From: Bugula neritina
Taxonomy: Eukaryota; Animalia; Bryozoa
Assembly (NCBI GenBank): GCA_964035545.1
Contig: OZ037766.1
Span: forward strand, 2,976,001-3,040,000
Length of the DNA stretch: 64,000 bases
Reading direction: 5' to 3'
The notes under the pieces were generated by a model. It did not search any database and was not told where the DNA came from. It worked only from the letters and a program-made list of their open reading frames with translations. Below are positions 40,901-52,360 of this stretch, in pieces. The position numbers were made by a program, and so were the translations under genes. Position 1 is the stretch's first letter. Every line of letters begins with the position of its first letter.

Positions 40901-43900
40901 TAGGGTCATTAGCAGTATCTTTATTAGTGTTTGTTTGTGTAGATGTGTAGGCTTCTGTATGTGTGTATGTTTATGTTAACAAGCTAACAATGTAAAACAA
41001 TGGGTTGGGTGGGAGATTTCATACAAGTTGAAGGTGCAAGCGCTTGCTAGTCACTTTTACTATTTACGATGTCCTTATTGGTAGTAGTAGTAGCAGCAGT
41101 AGTAGTGGTGATAGTTACTCATTATACTCATAGTATTAGTAGTAGTACTGCTATAAAATTAATAGTAAAACATAGAAACATATGCGCATACATATAAAGT
41201 AGTTTCTGTAGGGCTAGTTGCATGTACATGATTTCATCTGCTGGGATTGCAGTGACTCATGTGGAAATGACCACTAGAATGTAGAGTAAACTTTATTTCA
41301 TAAAATAATTCCATGACAGTAGTCATGTACACAGAGTAGTTGGTATTTAATCTCATAGCATTGCCCATGGAATCACATGTCCAGAGCAACCAGTACAGGG
41401 AGTATAAGTAGGCTGCCAGCATATACCACTGTAACCACACAGAGATGCTGTCCACCTCACAAACTGTTAACTGTGATGGGCCCAGCGTTGTGTTGTGTTA
41501 CTATAAAACTCTGTAGATAGGTTAATAGGTGTTGCTAATAGTCATCTAGCCTCAATAGTTGTACTGTTTAAATGCCTTGTCATCACAGTTACATGGTTAG
41601 GTGTTGTTTTAGTAGTCCCTAAACAGTGCAGCTGCTGTGTGAAAGTAACCTGAGTTTCTCTCTAACCCTGTGAAGGATCCCCAGCTATTCAAAGGCTTTC
41701 AATTTCTGTTGGATGGATTCGGTACCGATTGCTATCACCCCTTCTAACAACATGACTCAATACCCGTCAAAACATGATGTATTTGTTATGTTAAACTTGA
41801 CTAAATTAGAGTGACCTGGGAGTCAAAGTCATTTGCTAGACACCTTCTGATTGGTTGTGGATGTGAGTAGTTGTTATATGGCTTCCGATTGGTTGTGGTA
41901 ACATTGTGTTTATATTGTAGTTGTTCGCTCCTTCACAGAAACTCTGGTGATACGGAAAGGAGGTACCACATTAGATATTACAAGACAGCATCCTGTGTCC
42001 ACGAAACTGATGCCAAAGGTGCTCACACCTGTCCTACATAATATATTCATTATCTGGTTATATTTAGTAACTGTATCACCAGCCCTAAGTTCTGTGTGTA
42101 CTATTGTAAGCTATGATTATGCTGTGGTGGTATGACCAGGTACGTTGGGACCAGGTGTGTTGAAACCAGGTGCCTTGTGACCAGGTGTGATGTGACCAGG
42201 TACATTGTGACCTGGTACGTTGTGACCAGGTTTGGTGTGACCAGGTGTGGTGTGACCTCGTGACTGAGATACTATATAGTAGTACACAGTGCTTGCATCT
42301 TCAACTATTACAATGATCTCCACAATGTCTTCCTATGCACAGGTGTATGTAGTAAGAATGGATGTCATTGCGCATTCGCACACGGCACACAGGACCTGCG
42401 GAACCCCACGTATGACATCAGAGAGATCCAGGCCATGGAGAGGGGAGAGTGCGTCTCTGAAAACAATCCTAGTATAGAAATGTCCACCAGTATGGAGAAA
42501 GAGCGTACGCTAAATGATGACCCTAAGTGGAATGGTAAGTTATACGCTCTACTATATACTATACAGTACACTCTACTATATACTATACTATATACTATAC
42601 TGTGCTATATATTATACTATGTACTCTACTATACTATATATTATACTGTACTATATACTCTACTATACTATATACTCTACTCTACTATATACTATACTGT
42701 GTTATATACTATACTATACTATATACTCTACTATACTAGATATTATACTGTACTATACTATTAACCACACTACACAGCTGAGAGCATACCTATATTCCCT
42801 CCACACAGTGGGTTTAGCAGTTACACTAGTATAAGTAGGACATATTAAGAGCTAATCGTGAGTTAATCCCAGTCAATGCATTCTCAGATTCCCAGTACGT
42901 GCTGGACAACTATAAGACGGAGCCGTGCAAGAGACCACCCCGCCTCTGTCGCCAGGGCTACGCGTGTCCTCAGTTCCACAACTCTAAGGACAGGCGGAGA
43001 AACCCGAAGGCGTACAAGTACCGGTCGACTCCGTGCCCCCAGGTGAAGCAGCATGACGAGTGGGGAGACCCCGCTGCCTGTGACAACGGTGACCAGTGCC
43101 AGTACTGCCACACTCGTACCGAGCAGCAGTTCTACCCCGAGGTGAGTCACTAGTCAGCACTGCTGACCCCTGCTGACCTAGCTATGTCCTCAGGCTAATC
43201 TGTATAATATGAGGATATCTGCCCTCCACCCTGTGTTAGTTTCTGGTTGGAAGTAGAGGTCAAGAGCCTAATCACTCCTTCCACATAGTCAATATTACAG
43301 CTCTCCCAGCTTTCATTGTACTAGTGGTGACATTAACTCACCACCAACTGTACTATCTACTAGTTAGTAATTGACTAGCTTCACCTCAGATGATCTGAAC
43401 TACTAACCTAGGAACTGTAGGTTACTGTAGGATACTGTAGGATACTGTAGGATACTGTAGGATACTGTAGGACAGAGTACTGGTATGGTTGGGATGTTAA
43501 AACAACTCTAAAAGAAAAGTTGTTGTCATATTTTCTCGTTTTATAGAACATGTGCCCTTCTAATTCGTCTCAACATTTGCTGAAGTGTGTAATGGATTGA
43601 TTTATCCTGTCCCAGTCTCTCACTCCATACAGTGTTTTCATGCTGATATAGTGTACTGCTATTCAGTTATCTTCTGTGAAAGTGCATAAATATACTCATC
43701 TTCGTAGATTTGTATATTTTTATTCAAATGAAATGGGTATAAAGGCCATTAGTTAAGAAAATTAGTTTGAAGTTAATTTATCCACGAACCTATCAATAAT
43801 AATGACAACCTAGATTCTTTCTACTCACTAGTGACAACTCATACAAGTGTTTGTACTGAAGTTCCTATCCTATTTATATCTACTCACCTTTATTACGTTT

Positions 43901-46900
43901 CTTGTAAATTATGTAGGAATTTAGTTAACAGGCATAAGTTCCTAAGGAAATGCCTCTCATTAGCTACATACATTAATATGTCTGACGTGTAATGTCATAC
44001 ACCGGCTTAGACCATGCCTCTGTGTGGGCTAGCTACAGGTGTATTCTACTTCTTCTTGTCTCTTTTAGATATATAAATCAACCAAATGTAAAGACATGGT
44101 GCAGACAGGATACTGTCCCAGAGGTCCATTTTGTGCGTTCGCTCATGTTGACCGTAAGTTGTGAATTTCTACCAGCATGCAAGTGTTGGATAGACTGCAC
44201 ATTACACTGTAGATCACACCTACTGCTAGCTGCAGATCACATCTACTGGTGCAGATTGTCCATCCCCACCAACGGTATCACTCTTATAGTTGGTGCGATC
44301 TGTCAATTTGTTGGCACGCCCTTGGCTAATAAGAAAATTGTACAAATTGTTTTTGCTGGATTAAAGATACTCGACTGTATGCCGAGTTATTGCCACTATA
44401 ATTCTACAGCAGAAGTTGTTTCTCTTTCTGCATTACTTTCTGTCATGTCTTTGTGCCAGTTGACATTACAACTTCTTGTATTATTGGCAACAAGAGTGCA
44501 TTGTGTGTGCAGAGCCTGGACTTTCCTTACATAAGTTTAATGTCTAAAAGTTACTCCTATTTACTCCATTCTCAGTTGCCTAGGCAATAGTTCTATTTAT
44601 AGACGTACTGCATCACTTGTGACTGTTTTCATGTCGCTATATAATGGAGCAACTGAATGTGTGTTACTGTAGAGGAAATAGCCATGAATAAGGAGGCTCA
44701 ACTAGAGTCACCGAGGGCCAACAACTCCCTCGGCTCGTACATACAAGATCTGAGTCCAGGTAGCTCTAAGGAGGCGGAGTCTAACAGCCACACAGCAGCC
44801 GGGAGTACGAGTGGTGGAGCCGACTCTAAGAAGTCCCCTAGCAGAGCCCTGCAGGTAAGTCACACAGCATACCAGAACTCAACTATATAGAGCCTTGCAG
44901 CTAAATGAGATGATGTGAAACTTTAAGATCAGTAATTGCAATCATTTTTAGAAAACTTTATAAAGTCGTATTGAACATTCTGTGAGTGTATGGAGATTAT
45001 TTTATACTTGGCAGGGTGTGGGTGGGGAAAGTAAAGCTAGTCCCAGGAGTGGGGCCTCTTCTCTCACATCTCTGTCCAACTCTTTCTCAGATGTTGTGAG
45101 TATTCAACTCTCTCTAGAGCCAGTCTCTCCGGATACTATTAGTATTCTTCCTGAATATTCAGCTGTGGAGTCACCTACTTCTTGCTGTTTTTAGTTAGAG
45201 GGATCCGTGCCCACGTCCGTTCCAGAACCAATAGGTAAAGGCAGATCTCAGTCTATGGTAGAATATCACAGGTCCAATAGCTTACAGTCTCGCTCAAATC
45301 AATTTCCTTCATCATTTACTGGTAATAATACGGTAAGTGTGCCATTTCTCTCTACTATAACATCTCTGCGTATATTATATTTCTATTTTTTATTATCTTA
45401 CTTTAATATTGTGCTTTAATATTAATATTAATATAATTAATAACTGTAATATTAAGCTGATTTTTATTATGTACCACTTTGGAATATGTCTGCAATATTC
45501 ATTGAGAGCTATAAGTGATAGCTGTGATCACTCATTCAAGTTAATTTCTCTGCAAGAACCAATATTTCTTCACGAGTGTTGGTGCGTAATTTGGTCATGT
45601 GACCAACTGTGCTGTATCCTGTAGTACGGTCGAATGAGGCAGCTGAGTGGAGATATACACGGCAACACTAACTCGAATCTTCTAATAGATAGCAACAGTC
45701 TGGCTGGCTTCACCAACTCCACTTCTAACAGCTCTACTAATTTCCCGTCTCATAGTCAACCCAACATATCTCCGTTTGCTATGCCCTTCTTTCCACCTGG
45801 CGACACTGTAGAGTCAGTCATAGGTAAGTGTTGCACATTCTCCCAGTAATTAAGGAGGCATCTTGTCTGTTGCCTTGTTTTAGCAGTTTTTAATTGTTTT
45901 AATGATTTTTAATTGCTCGAAAGTTGATTACCCAACATTACTTCAGATATGATTACACGAGTGAAAGTAGCGCAGAAGTTTGTGTCAGAGAGGTTTATGT
46001 TTTGCTGCAAAATAAAAACAATGGCACAGGTTAATGGGATGTATTTTTGTTGAGGAAATAGTTGAAGCAATTTAGTCAGCTGCGTTTTCTCTACATTTCT
46101 CAGACTGCCGCTAATAAATACCACTTTGTAGGTAATGCAATGGAAGACTTGAGTTTAGGAGATTTCCATCATATGCCGTTTGGTGAGGATAGCATCGATG
46201 ACAGAGGAGACACGGCTTCTGTGTGCAGTTCTCTCAGTGCTGGTCTAGCTTCTAGTAAGTTCTCTCAGTGCTGGTCTAGCTTCTAGTAAGTTCCCTCAGT
46301 GCTGGTCTAGCTTCTAGTAAGTTCCCTCAGTGCTGGTCTAGCTTCTAGTAAGTTCTCTCAGTGCTGGTTTAGCTTCTAGTAAGTTCTCTCAGTGCTGGTC
46401 TAGCTTCTAGTAAGTTCTCTCAGTGCTGGTCTAGCTTCTAGTAAGTTCCCTCAGTGCTGGTCTAGCTTCTAGTAAGTTCCCTCAGTGCTGGTCTAGCTTC
46501 TAGTAAGTTCCCTCAGTGCTGGTCTAGCTTCTAGTAAGTTCCCTCAGTGCTGGTCTAGCTTCTAGTAAGTTCTCTCAGTGCTGGTCTAGCTTCTAGTAAG
46601 TTCTCTCAGTGCTGGTCTAGCTTCTAGTAAGTTCTCTCAGTGCTGGTCTAGCTTCTAGTAAGTTCCCTCAGTGCTGGTCTAGCTTCTAGTAAGTTCTCTC
46701 AGTGCTGGTCTAGCTTCTAGTAAGTTCTCTCAGTGCTGGTCTAGCTTCTAGTAAGTTCTCTCAGTGCTGGTCTAGCTTCTAGTAAGTTCCCTCAGTGCTG
46801 GTCTAGCTTCTAGTAAGTTCCCTCAGTGCTGGTCTAGCTTCTAGTAAGTTCTTGCAGTGCTGGTCTAGCTTCTAGTAAGTTCTCTCAGTGCTGGTCTAGC

Positions 46901-49019
46901 TTCTAGTAAGTTCCCTCAGTGCTGGTCTAGCTTCTAGTAAGTTCTCTCAGTGCTGGTCTAGCTTCTAGTAAGTTCTCTCAGTGCTGGTCTAGCTTCTAGT
47001 AAGTTCTCTCAGTGCTGGTCTAGCTTCTAGTAAGTTCCCTCAGTGCTGGTCTAGCTTCTAGTAAGTTCTCTCAGTGCTGGTCTAGTTTATTTTTTATGCT
47101 CAAACTGCGTGCCCAGAATATGTCCAGTTTTATGTAATAGCTATATTGAGTAATTTAATATATAATTGTACTAATCAATAGGTTATAACATGGGGAATTC
47201 TTTCTCTATGCCCATGCCTATACCTGACAGAATACAAGAAGGAGGTAGTCTATCTCAGAGTCCACCTATGTCACCCCTAGGAAGTCTTCCTATGAGCATA
47301 CCCCACTTACAGGTAATATATCCTACTTACAGGTAAAATACCTTACTTACAGGTAATATATAAATAGTAAAGGTAATGCCTTTTGTATTTTAGAATCGGT
47401 CAAGTAGGCTGTCATCCTTAGGAACGGATCTCAACCCCCTCGTCTCTCCCCGGTCAGCGAACTCAGCATCCCAGCTTCAGTCAACCACCAACAGCTTTCC
47501 CAACTCCAGTAGCATATTCTCTAACGGGTTTGTATTTCTCCACTCTGCTCTGCTCTGCTCTTTCTGTGATTATCACTCTTCAACATACGTGAAAAACATC
47601 ATAAGCCAGCCCAATGAAATTTGTACATTGTTTGATTACTTTTTAAAACAAGGATAAGTTTATGATTACTTTTTGTGAGATTTTTATTTCTACTGAATCC
47701 CACCTGATTTGTTCTGTTGTCTATTGGAATTGTTCCCCCGTGCTAGATTTGGTTCCTGTTGGAATTGTCTCCCCCTCAGTTTCAGTACAGAGTGTTCTAT
47801 CTCCAGGTTATCAAGTAGCGCTAATTCTGGTCAGGACAGCATCCCCAAACTCAAAGAAGAAATTAGCATCTACAAACAGAGGTTATCAAAATGGGAAGAC
47901 GCCCTGAATCAAGCGCGTGGTGTAAGTACTAACTCATAGTGTAAGTACTAACTTGTAGTGTAAGTACTAACTCATAGTGTAAATATGAACATGAGTGTAA
48001 GTACTAGCTCATAGTGTAAGTACTAACTCATAGTGTAAGTACTAGCTCATAGTGTAAGTAATAATCACAATTAACTAATGTTCGTGGCTCTAGGAAGTGA
48101 AGACAAAAAGTATTTTGATGCTGAGTAATTAAGAGCTAAACTATTTTAATTCAAGAAGCATCAAGGCAAATCCATAGGTATGAGGCAACAGTGTTTCTTG
48201 TTCACCATAATAAATCTGTCATGTCGCTATAATAAACCCGTAATGTGTAATAGGCGTGTGTTGCATGGGAAAAGGAGGCAGAAGAAGCAAACAAGAAGTT
48301 CATGAGAAGTGAAGAAGATCGTCAGAATGTCATGCGGCAGCGGGATGAGGTTGGTCAGCTATTTCTATATTTAGCCTGTTTGCTGCCTTCTCTTTCCTTT
48401 GACATGAGGTATCTCGTACTTTTAATAAACTTGTATGGTATGATGACCCATGTGCTGTTTTATTTAGGCAATATCTCAGGCCAAGAGCTTCAGACAGCAA
48501 CTAGATTACATAGCAAGTAATGGGCTAGTCAGTCGGTTCGGCCAGCCTGGTTTAGATCTCAGCAAGGTGCCATTGAGCCAACTTCTGCCAGTTTATCGTA
48601 ACCTGCATATGGAGATAGAGCAACTGCAGCAGGTGCTCTGCTAGTGTCACTACACGAATAATCACTGTTACTACTTTATGTCAATGTATTTATTAGATAT
48701 TTATCCCGTATTGCTAGAAACTAGACTCTCTCAGTTTAGCATTTCTCAGACTGACTAGAGTGTTGTCTTCTCTTGCTTGCAGTTGATACAGAAGAAGAGT
48801 ATGGTGGGTGCTAGTAGCGGGCAATGTGCATCATGTCAGGCTCCGGTGGACATCGTCACAGCCGGCCGCGCCTCCGCACCCTGCAGTCACATTCTGCTGT
48901 GTGAGACCTGCAGCTCATACGGACAGTCACACCCATGTCACACCTGCCAGTCCTACGTGACTAGCAATGGTAGCAACTCGGTAGCTAACAAGTCGATAGC
49001 TCTACATTCTCATCACTGA
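37985..49019 (+). CDS. UNK: Unkempt family RNA-binding protein (CCCH zinc fingers, coiled coil, C-terminal RING)
   Basis: Exons 37985-38049, 39698-39907, 41921-42018, 42343-42534, 42888-43141, 44069-44153, 44673-44854, 45015-45095, 45195-45332, 45625-45823, 46132-46254, 47182-47312, 47394-47527, 47807-47921, 48254-48349, 48468-48632 and 48783-49019 join in frame. Motifs EKPEHYTYLKEFRT, CTQHRPYTCFHWHF, YKTEPCKRPPRLCRQGYACP, CHTRTEQQF, IYKSTKC, and RING CASC...PCSH..LCETC...CHTC. Confidence 0.95.
42131..42265. repeat. 15-bp minisatellite (tgtgaccaggtNNNN), about 9 copies, in unkempt intron
   Basis: Units read directly; 7 of them contain CAGGT. Confidence 0.9.
42541..42765. repeat. Degenerate (TATAC/TACTA)n microsatellite starting right after an unkempt donor
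   Basis: Begins immediately after G|gtaagt at 42534. Confidence 0.9.
43421..43472. repeat. 10-bp tandem repeat (gatactgtag), about 5 copies
   Basis: Seen directly. Confidence 0.9.
46230..47085 (+). repeat. 31-bp minisatellite, 27 full copies plus 1 partial, overlapping an unkempt exon end and donor
   Basis: Unit tc(t/c)ctcagtgctggtctagcttctagtaagt. Unit starts fall at 46230+31n up to 47067. Confidence 0.97.
47301..47380 (+). repeat. 20-bp tandem repeat spanning an unkempt donor (3 good copies, 1 decayed)
   Basis: acttacag|gtaa with GT at 47313, 47333 and 47353, and decayed aaag|gtaa at 47373. Confidence 0.88.
47920..48068 (+). repeat. 19-bp tandem repeat starting on an unkempt donor, about 8 copies
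   Basis: Unit gtgtaagtactaactcata; the first GTAAGT is the real donor after 47921. Confidence 0.92.
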
Positions 49020-50324
49020 CTCCGCAGCAGATACTCGTGACTTCCTGTTACACACTCGGATGAGATTAGTTTAGATTTTTATTATAGAAAGGTGATGGCT
49101 GCTTGTACAGCCTTCTCCCAGTGACACGTTGAATTATAGCATTTGACTAAAGTGGACTTGTGTTAGTTCCCTTGTTCGGATAGTCTTGTAGTAATTTAGT
49201 ATTCAGTATTATACATTTCGGTAATGTAATGTCAATAGCATGGGCTACATGTGCTGGTGGTTTCATGTTTCAGTTACTCATGTTAGCATTGCGCACTGCA
49301 GGTTTCTTGAATCAGTTCTATATGTCTTTGATAATATAGATATATTTTGTTACTCTTTATGTTTTAATCATATGAATTAGACTCCTTCATTTTATACCCA
49401 GATATTTATACTGGCTACAGTACCAATTCATGCCAGTCTATGTTCGTAAGAATTCTTAATATCCCTTGGAATTTTGCTACATATTCATTTTTATACGCTC
49501 TTAGGTACGGAAATTTCTACGTTAGTATGTGCTATTTCATATTATATATTTTAATACATTACTATGGTTTTATAGATTAAATTTGAATTTGAGTGAAATA
49601 AGATTTACTAGGGACTGTTCTTACTAAAAATGCTGAAATTCTATTTTTACAGTTATAAAAGAAGCTCCCAACATTTCCTGTAAACTGTAAAGGTTCAATT
49701 ACTATACAAGCACATTATAATATGTCAGTCTGGTTTGATAGGTGCATGCTAGTGCACTGAATATTCATGGTCACTGAAAAATCTGGCCTTAAATATCCAA
49801 GCTGCTAAATAACTAGTAGTACTATACGCCTATTGACAGAAAAGGAATGCATTTATTTAAATTTAAATCACTGAATTACCATGTAACAAATTTGCTACAT
49901 GGCTAAAGAAATTCAAATTATAGGTCACTTGTAATTTGATTGTACCTACGTAGTTTTGTATAAAAAATGATTCATTTTATGAAAAGACAACTTTTCATGC
50001 TAAAATATCTTGGTCTCTATTACTTTTAGGGAGAAGCAACTCTAGTAGTTGAAACACAATATTTATAATTAATGGCCAATAATACAAATACTATACATTA
50101 TACAACATTGAATATTTAATAAGTGTGGACAGGTATATCTTTTATACTCTTCAATCTGTCTAGCAAACTACAATTAATTATGAGCTATTAAAAACCAAGT
50201 GCTTTGTTGCTTGCGTGCCCAATAGAAGAAATATTATTCTGATCTCGTTTGTACCACAGTACACTTCAAGTATACTCTGTTTTGCCATGATAACGGAAAA
50301 GTAGTTGACCTTGTTAGCGAAAAT

Positions 50325-50574
50325 CCAATAGGCGTACGATTTATTCAACCAATGGGAAACGAAGGTTCACTTGACTTTACCCAATTAAAATAATGTAATT
50401 TAAACCAATGATGATTTATGAATTTACTAGGTCATCCAATAGTATTACCTAACAAAAATCTAGACGTCACAGCATTTTCACCATACAAGAAAAAGTGACA
50501 TCAGCACGGTTATTCAAAAGATTAACACGAGTTTGAAACTACGCACCATTATCTGTCTCTTCAAAGTTACATTG
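50325..50574 (+). promoter_or_regulatory. H3.3 promoter (five CCAAT boxes, CRE-like site) and non-coding first exon
   Basis: CCAAT at 50325, 50349, 50381, 50405 and 50436; GACGTCA at 50463; donor TTG|gtgagt at 50574; acceptor ttgtag just upstream of the ATG at 51712. Confidence 0.65.
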
Positions 50575-51708
50575 GTGAGTATATATTTTAATCTAATAAA
50601 TATATTTTTATTATATAACATAGTTAATTGACGGTGAGTCATGTAAATTGTAGAGTAATGTAGTTATTTGTCTCTCTAATCACTAATGCCCATAGCAAAA
50701 AATCGAAACTTGAATTGAAATCAAATTCAATTGGCATTGCCATTTGACTTTGTGATGATCCCGCAACTGTTGATGTTTGTGAGTGTTATTGTTGGTGTTA
50801 TCTTTGCGGCTACTACTACTAGTAGTAGTAGTAGTACTTATAGTCATTGTGATAGTCAATAGATGTGTTTGTTATAGTATTACTATTAGTATTACTAATA
50901 ATTATATTTACATATTCATATTGATATTCATAATATTTTATTTTTAATAACTTGTAACTCATTCTAATTATTGATAATCTGTAAAGTCTTTTTTGTTTTA
51001 AGCCTATTTATACTCATATTGATAGTCGTTTCTAGGTTAAGACTAGGCTCTTTGAGTTACTAGTTGATTATTTTGTGTTGAAGATGAACTTTATCAAAAT
51101 GAAAATAATGCGTGATTCTTCTTTTTATCATCTGAATTGATTCATGTTAATGTGAACATCTTGATCTACTAAAAGAAGCAAAGTTATGGCTTATAGCTTG
51201 TTCAATGCTGGTTTAAACATTATATTCGCCAATATACTCATTCTGATTTAGTAATGATGAGTTTGGTTTTTTAGTCTTAGTGATGTTTATTCAACTAAAG
51301 TCTGGAAAACATGATTGATGTCAGTCTGTGATAATTCTTAATCAGAATAATTTTGTTGAAATCAATCTAGTTACTAAAGTACCTGATTTCTCATTGCTTT
51401 TAAACTGGTTTGTGGTAAGGTGATAATTCAACTATATAGGTTTTGGGCAATTTTACTAAAGGATACAGGGTTAACATTGTAACCTACTAGCTTTTGTTTA
51501 CCATATATATAATACATCAATGTGTTCAGCAAATACGAGTGCTTTATTCTGGTAATGCCATCTAAAAGCTTAGTCAAATAATAGATTGGTTTGACACCAT
51601 AATAGCTTCAAGTTATGCCATTGAAAGAATATTTTACTATATTTCGCTAAAAGTCAGTTTCACTAGTGTCAAAGCTGTCTGAATGCCATTACATTGTGTT
51701 TGTAGTAA

Positions 51709-52360
<652 letters not shown>

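Noticed and set aside
42117-42323. PGHNV-repeat protein on the minus strand
   Set aside because: Translation of a 15-bp minisatellite with no supporting gene structure.
43992-44534. 180-aa ORF inside unkempt
   Set aside because: It overlaps exon 44069-44153 in another frame and runs into intron. There is no recognisable domain, so it is most likely a chance ORF.
51240-51335. Intronic C/D snoRNA in the H3.3 first intron
   Set aside because: An ATGATGA box-C-like motif is present, but there is no properly placed CTGA box D or terminal stem.
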